A stretch of DNA of 64,000 bases from a virus (IMGVR_UViG_3300028591_000191:7189-71188), one strand, 5' to 3'. Positions 47,963-57,159 are shown, counted from the first letter of the stretch. The notes: generated from the sequence alone by a model not told the origin. Numbers and translations are program-made.

Positions 47963-48430
47963 CTAACGTTTATAGACTTCCTTACCGTCGACTGTAAGGA
48001 TAATGGAAGCTTTAGGAGCTCCAATAGTGTCTGTGGTGTTCTCCGTACGATCCACCATATCATGATTCACAGGCATCCGTGACATACTGTCTGGATTGAC
48101 AGCTGCCATTTCATTACCTGTACCGTCATGACTGATATGAGGTCCGTGACGATAACGAGTCTTCCATTTCACTTTCGTGATATAACGGACACTATCGATA
48201 ATGTTGATAGAATCCTTGGGAGTTGCTCGTGATTTAGAGGCCTTCTTGTCCAGATCTAACTGGATATCAAGTGGCAAAGAGTCACCGACTATGACCGGAA
48301 CTGGTCGATAGTCGGGCACATTCGCAGCTGCAATTGTGTTTTGTGGCATGTCGTTGAACTTGACCATTGCTAGTCCAGCTCCAGCGATCATTAAACACAT
48401 GCAGCACAAGATGGTAGTAAAACGCTTCAT
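47963..48430 (-). CDS. Hypothetical protein with N-terminal signal/TM segment (155 aa), ends TAG TAA
   Basis: MKRFTTILCCMCLMIAGAGLAMV hydrophobic leader. Confidence 0.7.
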   Translation of the reverse strand: MKRFTTILCCMCLMIAGAGLAMVKFNDMPQNTIAAANVPDYRPVPVIVGDSLPLDIQLDLDKKASKSRATPKDSINIIDSVRYITKVKWKTRYRHGPHISHDGTGNEMAAVNPDSMSRMPVNHDMVDRTENTTDTIGAPKASIILTVDGKEVYKR

Positions 48431-48508
48431 AACATTGAGTGTTAGATTATGCGAAAATATAATCTCGCAGTTGGCTTACTAAGTTTCTAACCAGTTGCTT
48501 AGCAGCCG

Positions 48509-49966
48509 TTATGCGTTTTTTGATTCACCATCAGTAGGCTTCTCACCTTTAGCAGGCTCCTCAACAGGTTTAGCTTCGAAGCTAATGAGGTTCTTCTCAT
48601 TATACTCCTCTTGCTTACCAGCCTCAGAGTTGAACATGTTCAGGATGATACCAATATGCTGCTGAACATTCAGAAGCAGTGAGTCGTGCTCAAGCTCTGT
48701 AATATTCATGCCGTCATAACCATAGGTATAGACAATGTCCTTATAAACCTTAAGGGCATACATATGGTTAGGATCCTCATTGTTGTTGTAAGCAGCAATG
48801 AATCCATTGGCCAGGTCAAACGATGGCTCGTTGACAAGTGCTAACATGTTGGTATACATCTCGATGTTCTTCTTGTCTACAGAGATCTTCTTCTCCTCAG
48901 ACTCGATAGCCTTGGCATTAGCCTTAGCATCCTTCTTCAGAGCAGCGAGGTTCTTGTTCTTAGCCTCGATAGAAGCACTCAGTTCAGCAGACTTAGCTGA
49001 TGCATACCATGCGATAACCACGCGAGTAAGCGAAGCAATAGTCTCGTCGTCGTACTCATATGCACCGGTCTTCTTGTTGCGAACACAGTTCTTGAAGGCA
49101 CAGAAGGCAGGCACCACACTGTTAGCATCCTGCGCGAGAGTACCAAGTCTCTTGCCGAATCCCTCAAGCACAAATGTGGGCTTGACCATTGTTGTAATGT
49201 CCTGAAGCAGATCAGCGAGAGTGAGCTCGTGGATCTTAGCAAGTTCAGCTTGCGGATCGTCTGCTTTCTCGGCGAGAGCCTCACGATAGGCACGGTAGAA
49301 CTGATCCGTTGTGACAAGACGAGTAATTGGGTTAGTACTACTACCGGTAACAAGTTGAAACTCAAGCGCCTCCTTCAGCTGCTCGTCTGTAGTAATCTTG
49401 GTGTGATCCTTCAGATACTCCTTCTTACCAGACTGAGCCTCTTCATTCAGCTTAGCCTCATGCTGCACCTTCTTCTTAGCCTCTGCACTTACGTGCTTCT
49501 CCTCAAGAGCCAGTACGACCTGGTTGGGAGCTGCCTCAAGACCAGCTGCTGCCAGCTGTTCCTTTGTTGGCTTAGGAAGGTTTTTATAGTCTGGAAGTTT
49601 AACACCACGTTCCTCTGCAAGCAGTTTCAGAGTGTTCCAATTCTGCTCATCTTTTGCAAGGATACAGCCCATTGGGTTCTTATGAACCACAGCTTCCGTT
49701 ACAGCGATATCAAGGATAGTCAAATCCTCTAACATCGTAAGCGCTACATAATGGTTAGCGCTCTCACCGCCATTCTTCAGCATCTCGTCCTTACGGTGCT
49801 GAATGCCTGTCATATAGGCTACTTTGGCGTCTTGTGATAAACCACTAGGCATACCTGTGTTAGGCATCTGCACGGTTGCAGGCTGCTCTACGGCTGCCCC
49901 TTCTGCTGCTGGCTTCTCTACTACGGGAGCCTGAACAGCAGGCTTTTTGTCTTTATTCTTTCCCAT
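48509..49966 (-). CDS. Hypothetical protein (485 aa)
   Basis: Long clean ORF with the leader motif. Confidence 0.85.
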   Translation of the reverse strand: MGKNKDKKPAVQAPVVEKPAAEGAAVEQPATVQMPNTGMPSGLSQDAKVAYMTGIQHRKDEMLKNGGESANHYVALTMLEDLTILDIAVTEAVVHKNPMGCILAKDEQNWNTLKLLAEERGVKLPDYKNLPKPTKEQLAAAGLEAAPNQVVLALEEKHVSAEAKKKVQHEAKLNEEAQSGKKEYLKDHTKITTDEQLKEALEFQLVTGSSTNPITRLVTTDQFYRAYREALAEKADDPQAELAKIHELTLADLLQDITTMVKPTFVLEGFGKRLGTLAQDANSVVPAFCAFKNCVRNKKTGAYEYDDETIASLTRVVIAWYASAKSAELSASIEAKNKNLAALKKDAKANAKAIESEEKKISVDKKNIEMYTNMLALVNEPSFDLANGFIAAYNNNEDPNHMYALKVYKDIVYTYGYDGMNITELEHDSLLLNVQQHIGIILNMFNSEAGKQEEYNEKNLISFEAKPVEEPAKGEKPTDGESKNA

Positions 49967-50069
49967 TTTTGATAAATGTTCTAAATTGTTAATTACTCTG
50001 GGTTGACTAGACCCGTGATAAGTCGTTCTCTTTGGGTATTGTTTTTAATTGCGAACTGAAATAAGTCAG

Positions 50070-50465
50070 TCAGCTGTCGCTAAAATACATTTCCCATTGT
50101 GGTTGTCCACGCGCCTTGCGATGGACTTCACTTAGAATAGAATTGTCGTGAATGAAAGCTGAACCCTTACCTGCAGGCTTTGGGGATTTCTCCCGCATGG
50201 TAGGCACGAAAGATATGTCTGCCAAAATCGCATCGAGCGAAGGCATACTCTCGGCTACCTGCATGGGGGACTTTTCAATCATGGCAACTTTATTCTGTTT
50301 CTTGTCACTGTTGCAAATACCTCTTGCTACAGTAACAGCTAATGCGCCTCCAACAAATGAGACGAGTAGCTTCCAGCCTAAGGCTTCATCCTCGTTATAG
50401 CGTGCAATGCCAACAATGGCCGCAAGTGTAACAAGGACTGCCAATCCAGATAATAAAGTCATCAT
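50070..50465 (-). CDS. Two-TM membrane protein coupled to the sigma factor gene
   Basis: Two hydrophobic segments in the first 50 aa; ATGA overlap with the sigma stop. Confidence 0.7.
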   Translation of the reverse strand: MMTLLSGLAVLVTLAAIVGIARYNEDEALGWKLLVSFVGGALAVTVARGICNSDKKQNKVAMIEKSPMQVAESMPSLDAILADISFVPTMREKSPKPAGKGSAFIHDNSILSEVHRKARGQPQWEMYFSDS

Positions 50466-51025
50466 AATTTTAGAAGTTTTTTAATACGTTCACGATTCCT
50501 ACTAAGGTGCGATTTAATCGTACCAGTCGGAATCTTGGTCACATCACTAATTTCGGCCACAGTAAGATGTTCTACATAATACAACTCGAAGACTCTACGA
50601 ACGTCATCGGGGAATTTCTTAATTATCTCCAATATCTGATTGTAAGAAGACTTATCGGCCGATGTCTCCTCACTATCAACTACCTCACTGTTGTTACAAT
50701 TCAACGGCTCAGGAACACATACTGAAGGTTTAAGTTTACGTAGATAATCGATTGCGGTTCGATTAGTTAATATTCTCAACCATCCACCAAAAGATGAATA
50801 GTCAACAAACTTAGAGAGTTTTCTATAAACCTTATCCCATACGAGATTATTAATATCTCGGGCCTCATCAAAATCTTTGAGGTATCGATACAATAGATTT
50901 GTTGTGAATCCACTATACCTGTAATAAAGTTTATTAAACGCAAGCGTATTGCCTGCTTGAGCACTTTTGATAAGAGCTATTTCCTCTTGCGTTATGCGTG
51001 GAGTATTAGCTTTCATATCAAACAA
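50462..51025 (-). CDS. ECF-type RNA polymerase sigma-70 factor
   Basis: Region 2 AFNKLY..EARDINNLVWDK..FGGWL..NRTAIDYLRK; region 4 VFELYYVEHLTVAEIS..IPTGTIKSHLSR. Confidence 0.88.
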   Translation of the reverse strand: MFDMKANTPRITQEEIALIKSAQAGNTLAFNKLYYRYSGFTTNLLYRYLKDFDEARDINNLVWDKVYRKLSKFVDYSSFGGWLRILTNRTAIDYLRKLKPSVCVPEPLNCNNSEVVDSEETSADKSSYNQILEIIKKFPDDVRRVFELYYVEHLTVAEISDVTKIPTGTIKSHLSRNRERIKKLLKL

Positions 51026-51249
51026 TTTACCGTTTAGTGTCTAGATGGAATTTTACTAGAACGATGGTTATTAAGGTGTCACTCCTGGAACAGACATCAG
51101 CTGTTTATAGTTTGAGTAGCGGGTAAGGCACACACCATTAAATTACACTCTTTCAGTAATACTACTCATTGTGGGTTGGTGCGATCAAACGCTACCTCTT
51201 TTATGTACCTATATGCAGCGTATAAATACCTGGGATAGGTGGGCCAACC

Positions 51250-51711
51250 CTAGAATGGAAGATCGTCGGTTTCATTTTGAAAGTGACATTTCTCCTCATT
51301 CTCCAAAGAATCAACAAGATTCACGTAAATTTTGGCTGCTGTTTCATTGTCTACAATACCCTCTTTAATAAGTTTTTCTAGTTTCGACTTAAATATTCTC
51401 ACTCTGACACGTACAGTTGCACGCTTCATGTTTGGGAATTCTGGTATGAATTTGTCATTAAACCATTTTACTAAATCGAACAGTTCCTCATTAGAACGAA
51501 GTTTGTAGTATAAATCATAGTCAAAATCACTTGCATCCTGCTTGTAGTAAGGAACAAACAATCGTGTCGTGTTTCTAATACCATCTGCGCCTTGATTGTA
51601 TGCGATACGCAGCTCCTCATAGAGTTCACGGATTCTTGTTTGATCCACGTCTCGTAGCAAACCCGCTTCAATATACGGGTCCAAAAAGTTGGAAAATACG
51701 CTTATCATCAT
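51250..51711 (-). CDS. Hypothetical protein (153 aa), ends DDLPF at TAG
   Basis: Clean ORF; an SSB-like acidic tail immediately precedes TAG. Confidence 0.75.
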   Translation of the reverse strand: MMISVFSNFLDPYIEAGLLRDVDQTRIRELYEELRIAYNQGADGIRNTTRLFVPYYKQDASDFDYDLYYKLRSNEELFDLVKWFNDKFIPEFPNMKRATVRVRVRIFKSKLEKLIKEGIVDNETAAKIYVNLVDSLENEEKCHFQNETDDLPF

Positions 51712-52218
51712 TTATTTACGATTTTCAAAACAGTCGATAAGATAATCAAGAATTGTGTTTATATCCTTATTTTTCTTCTCGACTGTCTTGGCGTCATCTT
51801 CCTTTGTAGGGAAAAGCCATTTAAACCATTTAATCATAAGTGTTTGCTTAATGACCAATAAGTTCTGACCTTTCTTTTTGTAAGAGTCATAATCGTCCTC
51901 TATACAGGGGACGGTTGTGGTAAACCAGGATACCCACTGCTGAACCTCTCTCCAACGCTTTATTTCAGCGTCATTGAGATTATTCCAATCGATAGTATCC
52001 TCAAATTTGAACTCACGTGGTAGTTTTGGATTGTCTTTATAACCAAGAACAAGTCTCGTCTGCGCAAGCCGTTCCTCGTTACTAGAATATAACCAAATGA
52101 AGTTCTTATAAACATGGTCTAGCCATGCTTCCTTGACTTTGCACCATTTAAGTGCATCGCTGACATAGCGAGGGAGTCTATCCCTTAGCATTTGTCGGTA
52201 CCCTGTTTTGTTTATCAT
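51712..52218 (-). CDS. Hypothetical protein (168 aa)
   Basis: Clean ORF abutting the next gene. Confidence 0.75.
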   Translation of the reverse strand: MINKTGYRQMLRDRLPRYVSDALKWCKVKEAWLDHVYKNFIWLYSSNEERLAQTRLVLGYKDNPKLPREFKFEDTIDWNNLNDAEIKRWREVQQWVSWFTTTVPCIEDDYDSYKKKGQNLLVIKQTLMIKWFKWLFPTKEDDAKTVEKKNKDINTILDYLIDCFENRK

Positions 52219-52222
52219 ATTG

Positions 52223-52293
52223 TTGGATGACTCGGATTCGAACCGGGAATGACAGAACCAAAACCTGTAGTGTTACCATTACACCATCATCCA
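52223..52293 (-). tRNA. tRNA-Gln(UUG)
   Basis: TGGATGA/TCATCCA acceptor, GTGT/ACAC D stem, ACAGG TTTTGGT TCTGT anticodon arm, CCCGG TTCGAAT CCGAG T arm. Confidence 0.92.
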
Positions 52294-52349
52294 GAATGGG
52301 GCGTTTCTATTTTAAAGTGTCTCGGCGAGCTCCAATAAGCCACTCCACT

Positions 52350-52478
52350 ATAATAAAGTTCCTACACAGCCTTCGTGTAACTTCGCGGTCCCATTCGGCC
52401 CCTTTAGCACGCATTTTGCGCCACAGCTTCCGGCTTGTTGTCGCCTGTCTGCTCCTCACCTCTACCTCGGAACTTTTA
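52350..52478 (-). ncRNA. Unassigned GC-rich structured RNA between two tRNAs
   Basis: Closed by AAAGTTCC/GGAACTTT; internal hairpins GGC/GCC, GCGCA/TGCGT and TACAC/GTGTA. Confidence 0.45.
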
Positions 52479-52480
52479 TG

Positions 52481-52554
52481 TGGACCATGCAGGGCTTGAA
52501 CCTGCGACCTCCAGATTATGAGTCTGTTGCTCTAACCAACTGAGCTAAAAGTCC
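52481..52554 (-). tRNA. tRNA with CAU anticodon, Ile2-type
   Basis: GGACTTTTAGCTCAGTTGGTTAGAGCAACAGACTCATAATCTGGAGGTCGCAGGTTCAAGCCCTGCATGGTCCA; body resembles bacterial lysidine tRNA-Ile2 more than initiator Met. Confidence 0.88.
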
Positions 52555-52555
52555 A

Positions 52556-52775
52556 TTTGCAGGCACTTAGGTAGCCTGCTCACCGACTTCACGCTGCCTC
52601 CTTGAGGCCCGTGTAGTCTGCAATGTTATAATTGCCGTTTAATTTTTATATCAAAGCGCTTGAATGACTTACTTTCTACTGCCGTCTAAACCAGTCAAGC
52701 CCGTATTGTTAAATATGGGTGGACCTGGGCGGAATCGAACCGCCGTCCGAACAGCTTCTCCTCAGTCACGCTAAG
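52556..52775 (-). ncRNA. ssrA: Circularly permuted (two-piece) tmRNA, tag GNYNIADYTGLKEAA*
   Basis: The 3' piece (GGAC GGCGG TTCGATT CCGCC CAGGTCC ACC, ending ~52718) precedes the 5' piece (GGGCTTGACTGGTTTAGACGGC, from 52702). Acceptor stem has G3.U70. TAAAC|GGC resume context; tag ORF 52636-52589 ends AA-TGA. Confidence 0.85.
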
Positions 52776-52996
52776 ATTATTTCGTCCTGTGGTTGACAAA
52801 TTGAGTATATGGTTAATACTACTCCACAGTCCTAGCTGAACGTCTTAATGATCAGTTAAAACATTCAATTTAAGGCTATTTTCAGGCTCTCTGAGCTGTT
52901 TTTAGTCCCTTATCTGGTAGCTACTCCGTCAAAGATGTTCAAACGGCTTAGATTGCCTTATTTTCACACTTAAATTACACTACATTGACCATGCTC

Positions 52997-53431
52997 TGGC
53001 TCAAAGGCTCGCACATAGTTGATAGTCTCATTCTTGATATATTGTGCAGTGTCTAATACCTCGCCCTCATGAGGATTGCTTATAGTAGCACCGGCTCAAT
53101 GGCTCGCACACAATAGTGATTTGATCAAATGGTCTAATACATTTTAACAGCGTTAGCTCGCTGCTTACCTGCGGAACTGGCTCACATAACATAAAGAGAG
53201 CCTACTAATAGTATAGCAGTAAAATGAGTCTTCTAATCCAATCATTGCGGAACTCCCGGCATTGGAAATAGCGTGACACAAAAACGGTGCTTTAACTATT
53301 AGTAGTAATGCTCTCTCTCATATTCCGGCTCTTGTCCAGAATGTCAATTCATCCATAGGGCTGCGCAAGGTGTCTTTCACACTCTCCGTCTATCTCTCTA
53401 CGCAAAGAACAGCCACTGGCTCAAAGGCTCG
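52997..53431. repeat. Three copies of GGCTCAA(A/T)GGCTCG
   Basis: Copies at 52998, 53093 and 53418; the first two continue GCACA..TAGT..GTCTAATAC. Confidence 0.75.
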
Positions 53432-53447
53432 GGACTGTTGCAGGATT

Positions 53448-53942
53448 TTATCGTACACCGTCGATAATGGCTGCGTTAGCCATACGATAAGGATCGTCCC
53501 AAGACAGGCCATACCACTCGCCATACTGCTTCTGCAGCTCGCGGATGCGGCCACGGCGCTTGTCGGCACAATCCTTGATCTTCTTGGTGCCATCCTTGCC
53601 AATCTTGGCATAGATGTCTTCGTACTCTACTGGGGTAATCTCTCCCTTGGTGAGCTTATCCAGAGCATCCTTCTGCTCCTTCATCATCTCCTTCTCTACG
53701 TTGGCGCACTCGTCGTAGTACTTGAAGTCGATGTGCTGGCGGAAGTTCTGATAGTTCGCCTTCTTGATCTTGCGCATCAGTTCGTCTGCGCGGCGCTCCT
53801 TCTCTTCCTTCTCCATCTTCTCGGTGGCCATGTCCAGAACCTCCTGGTCCATAACGTTAGCCTCCTTCAGCTTAGCATCGAGATTGTCACTGGTTACTTC
53901 TGCGATCTTCAAACCGCCTTTCTTGTTCTTGTTTTCTGCCAT
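53448..53942 (-). CDS. Hypothetical coiled-coil protein (164 aa)
   Basis: Clean, charged ORF with strong codon bias. Confidence 0.8.
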   Translation of the reverse strand: MAENKNKKGGLKIAEVTSDNLDAKLKEANVMDQEVLDMATEKMEKEEKERRADELMRKIKKANYQNFRQHIDFKYYDECANVEKEMMKEQKDALDKLTKGEITPVEYEDIYAKIGKDGTKKIKDCADKRRGRIRELQKQYGEWYGLSWDDPYRMANAAIIDGVR

Positions 53943-53969
53943 AATTGATTTATGAATTTAAAGGGTTAA

Positions 53970-54113
53970 TTACTTGCGGCGCTCGATAATAATCTCTACG
54001 CCACCTGTTCTAATTTCTGTTTCTACACTCCAACGCTGTCTCTTATAAGGGATAGCATTGTTGTGACGTGCTTTCACACGATTTACTGGATAGTGATGTG
54101 ATGTCCTTGACAT
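53970..54113 (-). CDS. Small basic protein (47 aa, not in ORF track)
   Basis: MSRTSHHYPVNRVKARHNNAIPYKRQRWSVETEIRTGGVEIIIERRK*; fills the intergenic gap. Confidence 0.55.
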   Translation of the reverse strand: MSRTSHHYPVNRVKARHNNAIPYKRQRWSVETEIRTGGVEIIIERRK

Positions 54114-54583
54114 ACGATATCTCTTGTCCTACGAATAATCTGAATAAGTCTGTTAGACAGACCGTGATTAAACATAAACGATGGAGAAAGATAAGCCTCA
54201 GAACCCTCTTCGGCTATAATCTTTACGGCATCTCTGAATTGAGTACTGCGTGCGCTGTTCTCGTTAATACAATCGTTCAATGTGCTTGCTAATTCGATGG
54301 TAAATGCATCGAAATCGCCGTCCTTAATTCGTTTCATGAACGGCTCACAAACGATTGCAATAGCATGCTCGTACTTATCAGATACATGAGAATCGACGTT
54401 TTGGAAACTCATCGCTTTCCCTACAATAGCTTCTGCTATTTCACGTTCGTCCAGATTATAAGCGTCAGGCTTTATATCTGGATTAGTAATGACTTGATAC
54501 TCGCAAAGCGCAGCAATCAAGGTAGATAATACGGCGGGATTTGCTTTCTCGCCGTCGTAGACAATAACAATTGCTCTCTTCAT
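54083..54583 (-). CDS. Hypothetical protein (166 aa)
   Basis: Clean ORF. Confidence 0.75.
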   Translation of the reverse strand: MKRAIVIVYDGEKANPAVLSTLIAALCEYQVITNPDIKPDAYNLDEREIAEAIVGKAMSFQNVDSHVSDKYEHAIAIVCEPFMKRIKDGDFDAFTIELASTLNDCINENSARSTQFRDAVKIIAEEGSEAYLSPSFMFNHGLSNRLIQIIRRTRDIVCQGHHITIQ

Positions 54584-54589
54584 AATACG

Positions 54590-55129
54590 TTAATTTACAG
54601 GTTTATATCGTTTCCCGTTAATCACTGTATCCTTAGAAGGGGGCGATTCTTTGTCTCCTACACCGGTTGGCGGTGCCTCCGTCACCGTAGTGTTTCCCTC
54701 TTTCTGAATCGTTAAATTTACTAGAGGGTCATTGGATGTTGTTGCTGGATCAGATTCGACCTTAGGAGCTGGTGGTAAATTATCATATACACTCCGTCCA
54801 GCCAAATATTCGTTGACAATATCATCCTTTGTAACTGGTCCTCCACGTTTAAGCAGTACCGCGACTGCATTTGAAAGCGGCCCATCATCGATGGCTAAGA
54901 ATGTACTGTCGATACGACTCTCGTCGATCATACTCTGACGCAAAGCAAATACGTCAGCAAGAGATTTCAGCTCAATGCTGTTGTCCTCCATCTGTGCTGT
55001 TGACACGGATGAATCAAAAGTCTGCGGAAGAACTTTGTCTCCTGCATACTTAATGAAGGCGAGAGTCGCCACTGTGGTCAGAAACACTGTTACAACGAGT
55101 GCTGCAAACCATTTCAGAAAATCTTTCAT
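54590..55129 (-). CDS. Membrane-anchored hypothetical protein (179 aa)
   Basis: N-terminal TM WFAALVVTVFLTTVATLAFI; leader motif upstream. Confidence 0.75.
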   Translation of the reverse strand: MKDFLKWFAALVVTVFLTTVATLAFIKYAGDKVLPQTFDSSVSTAQMEDNSIELKSLADVFALRQSMIDESRIDSTFLAIDDGPLSNAVAVLLKRGGPVTKDDIVNEYLAGRSVYDNLPPAPKVESDPATTSNDPLVNLTIQKEGNTTVTEAPPTGVGDKESPPSKDTVINGKRYKPVN

Positions 55130-55279
55130 TTTTGATAAATGTTTTTAAAAAGTGAAACGAATATTGTTAATTATAAACCCAAAAAGAGTCATGTTAAAAA
55201 TCCCCTACATATCGTACTGGCAAGCATACGATACCTCCAAACCACAACGCACGACACACGTCCCTCGGGGATTATATTG

Positions 55280-55319
55280 AAAACACAAAAGGACGGGACC
55301 TCCCACTTTATCCCGTCCT
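55280..55319 (-). terminator. Intrinsic terminator
   Basis: AGGACGGGA/TCCCGTCCT stem followed by TTTGTGTTTT on the - strand. Confidence 0.65.
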
Positions 55320-55349
55320 GTACGTGTACATATAGTTAAGCGCTTCCAC

Positions 55350-55604
55350 TCATTTAAAGTAAGTTTCAGCTTGTATGTTATCCGATAAAAGATAACATGG
55401 TTCTACATGGACACAAGCGCTACTTGGCCAAATAGTGTCATTATGGGATTGACCAAATAGGGCATTCCATTCTATTGCTTCTACGGCTGCTATTTCATCT
55501 TTCAGTGTAAAAGCTTTAGCATCTAAAGTTTGTGCATCTACACATGCCGAGGGGATGTTACAGCAGCCCATTGCAACAACTACTACGATAATTGGTAATG
55601 CCAT
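55350..55604 (-). CDS. Small putative exported/lipoprotein (84 aa)
   Basis: Start MALPIIVVVVAMGCC within track ORF 55350-55703. Confidence 0.45.
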   Translation of the reverse strand: MALPIIVVVVAMGCCNIPSACVDAQTLDAKAFTLKDEIAAVEAIEWNALFGQSHNDTIWPSSACVHVEPCYLLSDNIQAETYFK

Positions 55605-56254
55605 ATAATTGTGTTTAGAATAATCATAGAAAGGGTGTGGACTCCCACCACACCCCAAAGAACACTTGTACCTTGTCTCGCGACAAGAATTTGTTTTCAG
55701 CAAACCATAAAGAAATCTTTTTCAGAGTGTACAAGTGCCACGTTTCACAACGTGTTACTTTCAGGATTCAGGAAAATAAAACATTGAAATGCCTTAGTTC
55801 CCACAGCTGTCTTCGCGACTACGCCTTTATTTCACACTACTAACCCAAAAACAGCAAATGATTCTGCTATCCTGTCGTTCATGCTCGTCGTACTGTGGGG
55901 TGATGAATATACCCATCTAGGTGTCAGCTTCTTTTTAAGTCTCCTCTGACCACGACTATTTTGATTGACAAGGTAGAGAGCTATAGCGCTCCAGTTTCCT
56001 CTTTTAATTCGACAAACTGGCAAATTCCGTTGCCTTGTCAATCGTTGCATATGCACCCTCTCATCATTCGTAATTTCCTTGATCGCCCAGGAGCGAATTC
56101 GTTGGATAGGAAACAATCCTTCTAACGGCGACCATACTTGCGGGCTTGAGGTTTCCGCTTTAGCTGATTTCTATGCATATAAAAGATGAGAGTCGCGATT
56201 CTCACGAACAGCAACTCTCTGTAATAACTAAAACATAATACTTTATGACTATTT

Positions 56255-56434
56255 TCATACTGGCGATACAAAAATAATACCCAACGTAACGCAATCTGGT
56301 GCGTTTTTGTTGTTTTTAGATAAAGATGGACACAATAATAGGTCATTTAATATACAACCTTTGCATCCCTCTTCGCGTTTCTTGCACCGTAAAACTTTTC
56401 CGTTAACTTTCGCTAACTGTCCTGGTTTCATCAT
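56255..56434 (-). CDS. Small Cys-rich protein, paralog 1 (59 aa)
   Basis: MMKPGQLAKVNGKVLRC..CKGC..C..C. Confidence 0.65.
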   Translation of the reverse strand: MMKPGQLAKVNGKVLRCKKREEGCKGCILNDLLLCPSLSKNNKNAPDCVTLGIIFVSPV

Positions 56435-56547
56435 GGTGCAACACCTCCATTCGCGCAACTATGCTGTAAATATAGTATGATCGCGATCATAATACAACCA
56501 ATCCAGAAACCTGGATCAATCTTACCATTATCAATCGAGTGACTCAT
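56431..56547 (-). CDS. Small single-TM protein (38 aa, not in ORF track)
   Basis: MSHSIDNGKIDPGFWIGCIMIAIILYLQHSCANGGVAP*; ATGA overlap with the next gene. Confidence 0.55.
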   Translation of the reverse strand: MSHSIDNGKIDPGFWIGCIMIAIILYLQHSCANGGVAP

Positions 56548-56929
56548 AACATCTACTTGTAATTTCAATGTAAATATTTGGAGCCTTATTAACGACTCTT
56601 TTCTTTATCAAAGAAACCCAAACATACATAAATCCACAATTTGGAGCCCAGAATTTGATAATAGTAGGCTTTTCATTGTAGATTCGCCTCCATGTAGGAG
56701 CCCAAATATGTTGGAATCGTATAGCAGTTTTGAGTTTCTCAAATTCAGAGATACTAACCTTACAATCAACAACTACAATTTCTTTGAAGTTGTCAAGTGT
56801 TTCAGCAAGATAAAATTCGCTCTTCTCACCTACATATCTGGCATAATAGCCATCTTTTTTATGTTTGGTGATAATAATATGACGACCGATAACTGCACCG
56901 TCTTTAAGTTTACGACGAACTACTTTCAT
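56531..56929 (-). CDS. Hypothetical protein (132 aa)
   Basis: Clean ORF in a tightly packed operon. Confidence 0.7.
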   Translation of the reverse strand: MKVVRRKLKDGAVIGRHIIITKHKKDGYYARYVGEKSEFYLAETLDNFKEIVVVDCKVSISEFEKLKTAIRFQHIWAPTWRRIYNEKPTIIKFWAPNCGFMYVWVSLIKKRVVNKAPNIYIEITSRCYESLD

Positions 56930-56930
56930 A

Positions 56931-57158
56931 TTACTTGAATTTAACCCATGTACATGAACATATTCCGCCTAGATTCTTAATAGACTGCTCAATTGACTGA
57001 ACAAGGACATCACATGCTTCTTGCGTCAATCCATATGCTATTTGTAATGTAGCAGTACCAGATTTAGCAAATAAACGACGTCTGTCATTGCCTTGAGCGT
57101 CCACACGCTTCTTTTTAGGAAGCGGTGGATGCTGTTGATTTTGTTCTCTTACTCCCAT
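56931..57158 (-). CDS. Hypothetical protein (75 aa)
   Basis: 1-nt spacing to both neighbours. Confidence 0.7.
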   Translation of the reverse strand: MGVREQNQQHPPLPKKKRVDAQGNDRRRLFAKSGTATLQIAYGLTQEACDVLVQSIEQSIKNLGGICSCTWVKFK

Positions 57159-57159
57159 A

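Noticed and set aside
52997-53431. Repeat as a coding RA(F/I)EP peptide motif in small ORFs
   Set aside because: Two of the three copies have an upstream in-frame TGA and no start codon.
55196-55275. Riboswitch in the leader of the 55129 gene
   Set aside because: An AATCCCC/GGGGATT stem followed by Ts is present, but there is no recognisable aptamer; more likely a terminator or stabiliser.
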